A stretch of DNA of 64,000 nucleotides from Mobula hypostoma (Eukaryota). Numbering within the stretch: the first letter of the stretch is position 1; each line of letters opens with the position of its first letter. This document shows positions 49,530 to 61,401 of the stretch, piece after piece. A program made the translations under genes and the position numbers. The notes beneath the pieces are model-generated. The model searched no databases and was not told the DNA's origin. It saw only the letters and a program-made list of their open reading frames with translations. The stretch is from contig NC_086097.1 in assembly GCF_963921235.1 (NCBI RefSeq), positions 135,472,001-135,536,000 of the forward strand, in the 5' to 3' direction.

Positions 49530-51960
49530 AACCAAACTTCACCAATGGACTCAGTTTCAAGGACTTGTGTAATGTTCTCAATATTTATTGCTTACTTATT
49601 ATGATTTCTTTCTTTTTGTATTTGCACAGTTTGTTGTCTTTTGTACACTGGTCGAACACCCAAGTTGGTGCGACATTTCATTGATTCTACTATGGTTATC
49701 ATTCTATTATGGATCTTTTGAGTATGCCCGCAAGACAATTAATCTCAGGGTTGTATATGATGACATATATAACCTTGAAGTTAATTTTCTTGCGGACATA
49801 CTCATTAAATCCAATAACGGTATTAGAATCAATGAAAGACTGCACCAACAGGGCAGACAACCATCGTTCAAAAGACAAACTGAAAATATTAAAAATAAAT
49901 AAATATCGAGAACATGAGGTGAAGAGTCCTTGAAAGTGTGTCCATTGGTTGTGGGAACAGTTCAGTGATGGGGTAAGTGAAGATGAGTGAAGTTGCCCCC
50001 TCTGGTTCAAGAGCCTCTTTGTTGAGGGGGTAATAAGTGTTCCTGAACCTGGTGGTGTGAGTCCTGAGGCTTTTGGACCTTCTTCCTGATGGCACCAGCG
50101 AGAAGAGAGCATGACCTGGGTGGTGGTGGGGGGGGGGGTCCCTGATGATGGATGGTGATTTCTTGTGACGACGCTCCGAGGAGATGTGATCAATGGTGGC
50201 GAGAGCTTTACCGTGATGGACTGGGCCGTATCCACTACTTTTTGTGGGATTTTTCATTCAAGAGGCGATTCCATACCCGCAGTATACTCTTCCCTACATC
50301 TACAGAAGTTTGGCAAAGCTTTAGATGTCATGCCGAATCTTACAACCTCCTAATAAAATAGAGGTGTTGCCGTGCTTTCTTCGTAATTGCTCTTACGCGC
50401 TGGACCCAGGACAGGTCCTCTGAAATGCTATCAAAGAATTCACATTGCTGACCCTCTCCACCTCTGATCTCCTGTCAAAGACGGGCTCATGGACCTCCGG
50501 TTACTCTCTCCTGAAGTCAATCAGCTCCTTGCTCTTGCTGACATCGAGTAAGAGGTTGTTCTGTGGAACCACTCAGCCAGATTTTCAATCTTCCTACGTG
50601 CTGATTCATCACCACCTTTGATTCGGCCAATGACATTGGTGTCATCAGCAAACTTAAATATGGCATTGGAGCTGTGCTTAGCCACACAGTCACAAGTTTA
50701 AAGTGAGTAGAGCAGGGGGCGAAGCACGCAGCTTGTGGGGAGGTGCTGGGGTCTGCAAGTGAGGAAATTGAGGGTCCAATTGCACAGTGATGTATTGAGC
50801 TCAAGGTCTTGAAGCTTATTGATTAGCGTTGAAGGGTATTGAATGCCGAGCTTTATTCCATAAAGAGCATTCTGTCTTTCCAGATGTTCCAAAGTTGAGT
50901 AAACAGCCAATGAGATGGCATCTACTGTGGACCTGTTATGCCAGTAGGTAAATTGGAGCAGATCCAAGTCGCTTCTCAAGCAGGAGTTGATGTATTTCAT
51001 CAGCAACCTCTCAAAACACTTCACATCTGTGAATACAAGTGATACTGGAGGATAGTCACTGAGGTTGGTTACCAAGTTCTTGTTAGGCACCAGTATACCT
51101 GAAACCTGCTTGAAGCAGGTGGGTACCTCAGACTGCCAAAGTGAGAGGTTAAAGACCTCAGTGAACACTCCAGCCAGTTGAACATCACAAGACTATCATA
51201 CCTAGTACCTAGTCTGGGCAGGATGCTTCACCCTCCTAAAGGCTGCTAGCACGTTAGTCTCGGAGACTGAAGTCACAGGATCATCGGAGCTGTGGGAGCT
51301 CATGATGGCTCTTCCATGTTCTGACAGTCAGAATTAGCCTAGACAGCATGAAGCTCATCTGGAAGTGAATCCCTGTTGTTGCCTCTCATTTGATTTTACA
51401 TTTACAGGGGTGATAGCATTTAAGCCCTGCTCAGCATCCTTCGTTGATTCAAGTTTAGTGGGAATTGCCACTTTGCCCATGAGATGGCTTTCCTGAGATT
51501 GTACCTGGATACCTTGTAACTTTCTTCGTCACCAGAGCTTCTGGTTGGACAAGACTCTGAATGATTTTGTTGGGGGGGGGGAAACACTCATCTACAGCTG
51601 TTTTGATAAAGTCTGTGACAACCATAGTGTATTCATTCAGATCTACAGACAAACGCTCGAACACAGCCCAGTTGACCGACTCGAAGCAATCCCGTAGCCA
51701 CTTCCTCTGCCTCCTGTGATCACTCCTTTGTTATCCTAATCTCTCTCGCCTCTGCCTGTACGCAGGTGGGAGAATGACAGCGAAGTGATCAACTTTCCCA
51801 AAATACAGTCTGGGCATGGAATGGTAGGCATTCCTTACCTTAGTATAACAGTGGTGTAGTGAGCAGAGAGCTCTGGTGCTGCAGGTTATAAGCTGATGGC
51901 AATTGGACAGGGATTTCGTCAAACAAGCCTGGTTGAAGAGATTTGAAATGTGCCAAGGAT
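49530..51960 (-). mobile_element. Degenerate Rex/Babar-type LINE, with an inverted second 3' UTR at 49540-49770
   Basis: VFNLSLWQSEVPTCFK, KCFERL, KFADDT, HPGHALFSL..RFRNTYYP; EN remnant LHHCYT...DH. Confidence 0.85.
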
Positions 51961-52692
51961 GGATTGTTTCTTGTTTGGAAATTGCATCATGCAAGATCTC
52001 AATATTTTAATTATAATCACCCACTGGTGGTATGAAAACTCTGGTGACAATCGCAGATGAGAACTCCCCAGGTAAAGAGAACAGACGGCATTCGAATGCG
52101 TTCTAGGTTGGAGGAACACAGGAGTTTGACAAAGTCGTCACATCAGAGCACTTTTTGCCTTTTCCAAATCAGTAGTTCGGTCCATCCTGTGAATCGAGAA
52201 GCCTTCAGGTCTGATCACAGCATCGTGGAATGCTGGGAGTAAGGCATGTCTTGGTCAAACATAGAACACAACAATCTCACATATCCAACAGCTAAACTAT
52301 GAAAGGCAGAACACAATTAAAACTTATTTTTATATGCAGAATGCATCAATCACCTTCCACCCTCTGCCTCACCTCTATACAGAACATTTTTTTCGATACA
52401 GGGGTCTCAATCCAAAACATCAACAGTTCCTTTGCTTCCACAGATGCTGCCTGACCTGTGTTCTTCCAGCACTATACTTTCTCACTCTAGATTCCAGCAC
52501 CTGCAGTCTCATGCCCCCTCTCCAACAATCAATGTGCTTTAGGTGGGGCCATTGTCTCACGGCTGCCACTGGCAGAAAGCCAAAGTCGCCCACAACCACG
52601 TTCAAGAAGAGCCAATTCCTTTCAACCATTTGGTATTTGAACTAATCAGCACAATCATAATCACTACAATTTAGCAACACTATGTCAACCTT

Positions 52693-53234
52693 TTTATTCA
52701 GGCAACTTCCCCCTTCCTTCTCAGTCCTGAAGAAGGGTCTCGGTCTGAAGCTTCGACTATACTCTTCTCCATAGATGCTGCCTGACCTGCTGAGCTCCTC
52801 CAGCATTCTGTCTGAGTTGCTTTGGATTTCCAGCAACTGCAGATTTTCTTGTGCTTGTGAATTACTACTCCACTGTGAAGTCTCTTCAAGGGATGCCTAT
52901 CCCGATTTAATCTCTCTTTCGACAGGGGTTCAGTGAAACCCTCTCTCTCTGCTCCCTGTGATCTCTGCTGCCCTTTGACTCCCTGACCACGTGCTCACCC
53001 AGACCTGTTATCACAGCCACATCTTCACTGATCGCCTTCCAGCTAGCCTCTCCCCCCCCTTCCATCTTTTATTCAGACATCTTCCCCCTTCCTTTCCGGT
53101 CCTGAAGAAGGGTCTTGGCCTGATAGGTCTACTGTTTACTCGTTTCCATAGATGCTGCCTGACCTGCTGAGTTTCTCCAGCATTTTGTGAGAGTTGCTTT
53201 GGATTTCCAGCAAATGCAGACCTTCTTGTGTTCG
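52693..53234 (+). mobile_element. Tandem Penelope terminal repeats with two decayed hammerheads (retrozyme-like unit)
   Basis: Direct repeats at about 52693-52860 and 53020-53234; CTGAAGA boxes at 52727 and 53102; 13-bp TSD-like flanks ctatgtcaacctt / ctatgaccacctt. Confidence 0.75.
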
Positions 53235-53545
53235 CTATGACCACCTTGATAAAACTTTTTTAAAATAAGATAAAACTTTTTGTTCTAATTGTGCTCTTGC
53301 TTGCAAAAATAGTTTAATTTACATTTATATCTTTCTTGTCAATGCTGTTTGTATAATGTTATGTCTGTGTCATGTTGCTGCACAAGGGTTTTTCATTGCA
53401 CTGATGCACAAGTGTGCTTTGTGTACATTACGATAAATGCAATTTCAACTATAAACCTGGATTTCTACGCTTTCTAGATCAATTACATCAAAGCGCTGAT
53501 CATTTTAGAGTAGTCCCTAGATTTACCACAGAAAGTGTTACTCAC

Positions 53546-53662
53546 CAGCCAGTGAAGAACCAGAACACCCGTATATAGAAAGTTCAAAGCCACGACAAGT
53601 TGAGAAGACATTTACCCTTTTTACTTTTGCAAGAATAATTAGCTACAGTTTAAAAACACAAA
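53546..53662 (-). other. Candidate exon 2 of the minus-strand host transcript
   Basis: Acceptor ttttttcacattttcctgacctgcag and donor ctg|gtgagt; unique sequence; ATG at 53611 opens MSSQLVVALNFLYTGVLVLHWL up to the donor. Confidence 0.55.
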
Positions 53663-56600
53663 CTGCAGGTCAGGAAAATGTGAAAAAAGTGCACACCATC
53701 CCCAGATTTTGCTGATTCACCACCGGATGTGGAACGTCACTTGCAATACCGGACATAGCACCCTTCTCTGTTGCTGCTCAACCACAGTAATTATTAAGAG
53801 TCAACCATCCTATTGTTTCTGGAGTCAGACGTAGACCAGCCCCAGCAAAAGCAGACTTCCTCTTCTGAAGTGTTTATTAGTGAACAAAAGGTACTTATAT
53901 TTATTTGGAGATACAACGCAGAACAGGTCCTTTCCTTCCAGCAACCCACCCATCTAACTCTAGCCTAATCACAGGACATTTTACAATGACCGATTACCCT
54001 ACTAAACAGTGCGCCTTTGGCCTGTGGGAGGACACTGGAGCACCCGGAGGAAACCCGTGCGGGTCACGCAGAGAACTTACAAACTCCTTTCAGATGGTGG
54101 CAGCATTGAACTCCGAAATGCAGAGCTGTAATAGCGCTGACTAACCGTTACTGTAAAGGGATTTTAAAAAGACTATTGAATAGTTTAGTTAACTGTCATG
54201 ACAGGATTTGAACCCTTCTGTCTGGCTCTGACCGTGCCTCATAGCTGATAATCTTGTGCTGTCCTCTGGCTTCATTCCATTTGGCAGTCTCAATAACCCT
54301 CAAATAGGTGCACCACTAACCCCACCTTTGCCAAGGTTACACTTGCTAGAAAATTTAACTGAAGCAGAAACGTGCAATATCAAATAATATACAAAACCAT
54401 AAAATTGGAGATGAAGATCACAAGATATGCAAAAACCAGGTATATCCAAGTTGCTCTGAAGCAAAAGGGTTCAGTTTTATTCCAGTCACAGCCTGTATGA
54501 GAAGTCCACACTCGACAGTTACAAACTTGCGTAGGTACACAGTCATAGAATTCTCACCCAACGCATTTTGAGTGGTTTATAAAAAAAACTCACGGTAATG
54601 CTCAAAAAGCCAAGATGAGCACATATTTAGTCCAAACTTCACTCAAGTTGAATGTAAAGCCAGCACAAGTCGGTAATCCAATACCACCTGTTGAAAGTTA
54701 TCTGGAGAACATAGACCCTGCAAACACAGCTTTTGTCATCTCTCATTCTTCACAATCGCGCGTCCAAAATGGAGTATGTCAAGCGCTGATCAGTCTACCA
54801 GGACTGAATACATGCTTGGACATGTAGAAAGATGCATGCAATGCAACATCACTGCTCACAATAGCCTGATACATTTGTTCACATTTAGCTACTCCAGTTA
54901 AAATACAAGAACAGTTACATCAAGTAATTGCTGCACAACATTCAGTATTTGTAAGACTATTTTCTTAGACCTCTATGCATTCTACTCAGACATTACAAAT
55001 GAGTAGAGACAAGAGTTTGCAGACACTGGAATCTGGGGCAAAGAGCAAGAACTGTGAGAAGAACTCAGGGGGTCGCACAGCATCTCCTCTGACAAAGATG
55101 GCTCTTATTTTGAGTCAAAGTCCTGCACCAGGATATAATTGAGAATACTTTATTACGTCACACCTCTTGTAATCAATCTAAGCTTATTTCTGATTTGAAC
55201 ACTTGATTTTACAATAATTCAGCATTATAAAAGAGATTATGGGACATTACTTAAACACATATTAAGTAATTTGTGGGAGGAACTTCGCAGGCCAGGCAGC
55301 ATCTATGCAAATGAATGAACAGTCGATGTTTCGAAGGGTCTCAGTCCGAAACATCGACTACTTACTCCTCTCCATAGATGCTGCCCGACCTGCTGAGTTC
55401 CTCCAGCATTTTGTGTGTGCTGCTTGCTCTGGATTTCCAGTATCTGCAGAATTTCTTGCGTTTTAGATGAAGTAACAGTAATGTTTCTTCCTTCTAAATG
55501 ACCAGCCCTTTTTAGTAGGCCTAGAACCAGAGTCAGGGTTGTACAACACAGAAACACTGCCTGCAGCACGACACATCCGCCCTGATTTTTTTTTTTGCCC
55601 AACTGTACAAATCCCATGTTCCCCATTAGGACCATATCCTTCAATACCCTGCCAATTTAAGAGTTTAAATGATTCTTAAACGCAGTAACTAGTATAAGCG
55701 TTTCAACCAAAGGTTTTGCTCAACAACCCAGATATGAATTGTGCTTAAGTGTTACAGTCTCAAGTCACAGAGGATGGAAATGGGTGCTTTGGTTCGACCA
55801 GTCCGTGCCGACCAAGATTCATTATCTAAGTTAGTGCCATTAACCTGCATTTGGCCCATATTTCCCTAAGCCCTTCTTATCCATGTACCTGTCCATTCAG
55901 CTTACAAATAGTGTTATCTTTTCAAACCTTGGAATCTCTAACTTCAAATCAGTCTCTTAAATAGTTAAACCACATGGAAATACGTTCCAGACAAAACATC
56001 AGCAGGGCATTCAGTGAAGACACCCAACTTCCAGTATCAGCAGGAGCACCACTGGAAACTGTTAATGTTTAACTGCTGAAGCCAGAACAAAAATCAAAAC
56101 TGCAGACGCTGCAAACAGAAGCAGAAGATGATGGAAACACCCAGTGGGTCAGGCAGCGTTTGTAGAGAAAGAAATGCAAATATCCTTTCTGGTTAAAGAC
56201 CCTTTGTTAGAGTAGGAATTTAGATCTGATGGAAGGTCTTAAACCCAAAGCACGAACTGTCTTGCCACGGATGTTGCCAGATCTGATGAGCGTTTCTGCT
56301 TTTGTTACAACTGCGAATAGCCTTTGCCTTCAACTAATGGTCAGGATCGAGGATGTTGTAGACATCAGTGTAATTCATCAGTGATGGAATGATACACACT
56401 GAGAATATGCAACTGTAGCTCCCCATACTGGTGACAAGACCTTTGCAAAGTCAGCCAAGAAAAAAAACACTTTAGTCAAAACATTACCCCCCTAAATTTC
56501 ATAGAAATTCAACTTAAAATGTCCCAGAAAACACCACATTTCACATTGATATATCTGCGGTCAATGCAAAGTGAATGGAGTGTACACACAAGTTTTATAA

Positions 56601-57799
56601 AGATCTGATCTGCGGATGTTTGGAGGCTGAGAGGGTGCAGTGATCTGATACAAGCTGTACATTTATATAAATTAAATGTTTCTTGTTTTTATTCCATCAC
56701 TTGAGCTAATGGAATAAAGCATACTAAGTGCTAGACGGTATTCACAGAACGTTCACGACTTGGAAGCTTATTCAGGGATAAACAATTCACACATTACCAG
56801 ATTAACCAATGATTCCGTTTAGAGTTAATACGTTTATGAACAACTCACAATGTTTTAGAAACTACATGGCGCGTTCAGTGTTGCAATTGAACTTTTTCCT
56901 TGTTTCCAATATTTCACCAGATTAGCTTTAGGAAACCGCGCCACAAGGTTAAAGACATGACAACTCATGTTCAGGTACACACATGTATCTTCGGTGTCAC
57001 AGACTCATACAGCACAGAAATAGTCAGCCCACTCTGTCCTATTTAACCCACTTACATAAATCCTTATATGACCTGCCGACTCAAGTTTCTGTCTTAATAT
57101 CTCTGAGACATTGAGATTCTATCTGATTCCAACATCGTCCCTGATCCACATTCAGGTTGCAAAGTTAAAGGAAACACGACAAGGTGTGTCAATTTCAGAG
57201 CAGTGATGGAAGTGTAAAAGGATGGAAGGTCCTTAAGAGAGGAACAATCTGAGTTCACAGAGTGTGACTGTTGAGACCTAGGAGGGCACAAGGCAAGTAA
57301 AAACTCGCTTAGGCGACTGTGTACCCAGTGGGAGAGGGGTAGAATTGTTTCTTCATACCCTTTGGCATGGGACAGAGTTTGGGAAAACTTAAATCCAATG
57401 CAGTAAGTGAACAAAAGCCCCACACTCTCAAACCCAGTTGCTCTTGTCCCCAGAAACTGGGGCTCCAGCCAATCATGGCCTTTGGCTGATCCATAGATTA
57501 AGAGGGGAATTGTCTGGGCTTTAAATGGCCAAGTTTAGGTAAATTCAACTTCCAGCATTCCTGATCCCCTTCACTCTCTACCTATACCCCAATTCATTGG
57601 CAACCATAGATCACTACTCTTGTTTGCAGTCCACTAATCCACTCCCACTCCACAAACCATCTCCCAACCACTCACCTGCCTCACTCCCCCTCCCACTGCC
57701 ATTCACCTTACCCCTTAAAACTCCTTCTTCCTTCCACCCCCCCATTCCACGCTCAGCTCTCCCAACAAGCCCCTCACTCTATTTCCTGCCCCCTCCCAT

Positions 57800-58500
57800 A
57801 CGGTAAACACTCACCCGCACCCCTTTTCCTCCCTCCCACCACCACCCCCGTCACGATGAGGAGGATTGCAAGCACTCTTTCACTTCCCCACCTCCCCGCC
57901 CAGACTTCCGAAGGAACAGAGGCCAGTGTGGCAGGAGCCGAGGGCGGACAGCATGCGAGGGGGAGCCGGGAGCAAGGCGACGCGGACGCCATGTTACGAG
58001 GCGGCCAGCCGGAGACATGTTTCAGTCGGCTCCCGCGCTGCCTGTGGCCCCGGCCCCGGGAAGAGCAGGGAGTTTGTAGGGGGTGGCGGCGGTCGGAGCG
58101 CGGGTACGAGCACCAGCTCGCCCTGCTGCACCGCGCCGTCAACCGGCCAAAGTTTCCTACCTGGATACATTGTAGCGCTTCTCCTGGTTACAATGAATCG
58201 CAGCACGGAATGTAGCAACATCGGGGAGACAGCCCCCGCGCCCGGCCACGTGACTCCAACGTCAGCGCCTGTATTTGCATACGATGCAAGCGGCCTCCTC
58301 CCTCGCCGTAAGTGTGTGTGTGGAGTGGGGCGGACAATGTTGCCGTTTCAGCGCCGGCTCCGTGTTCTGCCTCTGCCGTTCTGTGTCACATCTCTCATCC
58401 GAGCCCGGGAACTTGCTTTGCGGAGAACTGTTGATACAGACCACGTGCCTCCCCCCACCCTTGCGTAAAGAAATGACGCATTTCTCCACTTCAAAGTTTA
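57800..58500. promoter_or_regulatory. CpG-island promoter, probably bidirectional
   Basis: The only non-TE CpG-dense region. Contains YY1-like CGCCATGTT (57987-57995), E-box CACGTGAC (58247-58254), octamer ATTTGCAT (58273-58280), a second CACGTG (58442) and TTGCGTAA (58461). Minus-strand donors at 58160 and about 57815; plus-strand donor gtaagt at 58308. Confidence 0.8.
58161..58235 (-). other. Candidate first exon of an unidentified minus-strand gene
   Basis: Ends CCAG|GTAGGA just downstream of the E-box; the transcription start position is a guess. Confidence 0.5.
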
Positions 58501-58866
58501 GTTGGCAAAATAGGGGAGGATACTTTTAACGGCACGGGTGATGAATCAAGTTACGACTTCTTTTTAAACTGAGTACTTATTTTCAACTGCGTGAATAATG
58601 TGATACGCGACGATTTGCAGAGATGAATCCAGTTGCAACTTCGGTTTGTGAAAAAAAAAGTTCCAGGTCTAAGTGCATATCTCTAAATGTTTATTTACAG
58701 TGTGCGATATGTTGCGCAACGTCAATGAAATTGTAACTGCTGGAATCTGAAGGCAACACTAGAAGGGTAGATGAACTCAGGCCGTCGGACAGCATCTTTG
58801 GAGGGAGAAGCCAGTCAAGGTTTCTGGTCAGGGACAGGTCCTCACTTCTGGCGATATTTGAATCTT

Positions 58867-60198
58867 TAGATTAGATTATGAGAACACTCAGTCCACTTTT
58901 ATTGTCATTTAGAAATGCATACATGCATTAAGAAATGATACAATGTTTCTCTGGAGTGTTATCACAGAAAACAGGACAACCCAAAGACAGACCCAGGGGG
59001 TCAGTGTGGACATGGTGGAGGATTACAAATACCTGGGGATGCAAATTGATATAAACTGGACTGGTCAAAGAACACTGAGGTTGTCTACAAGAAGGGTCAG
59101 AGCTGTCTCTATTTCCTGAGGAGACTGAGGTCCTTTAACATATGCCAGACGATGCTGAGGATGTTCTACGAGTCTGTGGTGGCCAGTGCTATCATGTTTG
59201 CTGTTGTGTGCTGGGGCAGCAGGCTGAGGGTAGCAGACACCAACAGGATCAACAAACTCATTCGTAAGGCCAGTGATGTTGTGGGGATGGAACTGGACTC
59301 TCTCACGGTGGTGTCTGAAAAGAGGAAGCTGTCTAAGTTGCATGCCATCTTGGTCAATGTCTCCCATAATGTACTGGTTGGGCACAGGAGTTCAGCCAGA
59401 GACTCATTCCACCGAGATGCAACACTGAGCGTCATAGGAAGTCATTCCTGCCTGTGGCCATCAAACTTTACAACTCCTCCCTTGGAGGGTTAGACATCCT
59501 GAGCCAATAGGCTGGTCCTGGACTTATTTCATAATTTACTGGCATAATTTTACATATTACTATTTAACTATTTATGGTTCTATTACTATTTATTATTTAT
59601 GGTGCAACTGTAACAAAAACCAATTTCCCCCGGGATCAATAAAGTATGACTATGACTAATACTGACAGAACCACATAGTTATAACATATAGTTACAGCAG
59701 TGTAAAGCAATACCATAATTTGATGAAGAACAAACCATGGGCATGGTAAAAAAGTCTCAAGGTCCCCAAGTCAATCAGCTCCCTAGTCCCCGATAGCAGG
59801 CGGCAAAAGGGAGAAACTCCCTGCCATAAACCTCCAGGCACCGTCAACTTGCCGATGTCTTGGAAGCAGCTGACACTGAGTCCATCCATCCGAAAACTTT
59901 GAGCTTCTGACCGGCCCCTCCGATACAGCCTCCCGAGCGCCATCCTCTGCCGAGCGCCTTCGAGCTCGCCCCAGCCGCTGAAACAAGCAAAGCCAAGGAT
60001 TCAGGGCCTTCTGCTCCAGAGATTCCGGTTACCACACAGTGGCAGCGAAGCGGGCATTTCAGAAGTTTTCCAGATGTTCCCCCGTACTCTCACATCCGTC
60101 TCCATCAAAGCAGAATTGTGCACGGTCCCCTACTTGAGAGATAACAGATACCATCACCAAAGAGGCCGCGCGTGCTGCCGTCTCGCCGCCATCTTCCC
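58867..60198 (-). mobile_element. Non-autonomous non-LTR element with a nested Rex-type LINE 3' fragment (about 58990-59658, +)
   Basis: 5' end GGAAGATGGCGGCG, GC-rich body and (aatct)n tail; the nested part encodes KKGQSCLYFLRRLRSF...RMFYESVVAS and ends in (gactat)n. Confidence 0.65.
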
Positions 60199-60383
60199 CT
60201 CTTCCCCCATCTGGAGCAAAACTCAAAGCCCTCCAGGAATTTGTGGGATCAGCCCTTTATCACTATAACAGATCACCTCCCAGCTTCCAATACAATTCGA
60301 GCGTGTCGGGGGCAGAACTGAGTCTCAGTCGCTATTACTAAGGAGAAGGTGCTCGGGAAGCTGAAATGTCTGAAGGTAGATAA

Positions 60384-61401
60384 TTCACACAACATGCTGG
60401 AGGAACTCAGCAGGCCAAGCAGCATCTATGGGAAAAAAGTACAGTCAACGTTTCAGGCCAAAACCCTTTGGCAGGACTTGGGGAGAAAAAAGCTGAGGAG
60501 TAGATTTAAAAGGTGGGGGAAGGGGAGAGAGAATCAACCGGTGATAGGTGAAACCTGGAAGGGAGGGATGAAGTAAAGAGCTGGGAAGTTGATTGGTGAG
60601 ATGAGAGAGAGGGAAATGGAGAAGGGAGTGGTGGTTGGGGGGCATTACTGGAAGTTTGAGAAATTGATGTTCATGCAATCAGGTTGGAGGCTACCCAAAC
60701 AGAATATCTCCCAATCTACGTCGAGTCTCACTGACGTACAGGTGGCCACACCGGGAGCACTGAACACAGTAAGTGACCCCAACAGACTCACAGGTGCAGT
60801 GTTGCCTCATCTGGAAGGACTGCTTAGGGTGACTTCCTGTACATCGGTGAGACCCGACATACGTTGGGAGACTGCTTCGCCGAGCACCTACATTCCATCC
60901 ACCAGAACAAGCGGGATCTCCTAGTGGCTGCACATTTTAATTCCACTTCCCATTCCCGTTCAGATATGTCCATCCAAGGCCTCCTCCACTGTCGGGATAA
61001 GGCCATACTAAGGATGGAGGAACAACACCTTATATTCTGTTTAGGTAGCCTCCAACCTGATGGCATGAACATCGAATTCTCAAACTTCCGGCAATGCCTC
61101 CCCACACCGCCCCCCCACTTCCTTCTCCATTTCCCATCCCCTTTCCCTCTTCTCACCAATCAGCTTCCCAGCTCTTCACTTCATCCCTCCCCCTCCAGGT
61201 TTCATCTATCACCTGGTGTTTCTCTCTCCCTTCCACCCACCTTTAAAATCTACTCCTCAGCTTTTTTTCTCCAGTCCTACCAAAGGATTTTGGCCCGAAA
61301 CGTCAACCGTACTTTCCATAGATGCTGTCTGGCCTGCTGAGTTCCTCCAGCATTTTGTGCGTGTTGCTCAGATTTCCAGCGTCTGCAGACTTTCTCTTGT
61401 T
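60384..61401. mobile_element. Inverted Penelope composite insertion
   Basis: Minus-oriented terminal repeat and GIY-YIG pieces (60384-60830), then plus-oriented GIY-YIG and repeat (60830-61401); 13-bp TSD-like tgaaggtagataa / tgatggtagttaa. Confidence 0.85.

Noticed and set aside
58161..58170. MYP start suggesting TLE3, KCNAB2 or MACROD2
   Set aside because: Three residues are not diagnostic, and no matching downstream exon was found.
57866..58468. 200-aa plus-strand ORF and other overlapping ORFs in the CpG island
   Set aside because: Starts at TTG, has GC-driven Gly/Ala/Arg/Pro composition and no recognisable domain; expected by chance in a CpG island.
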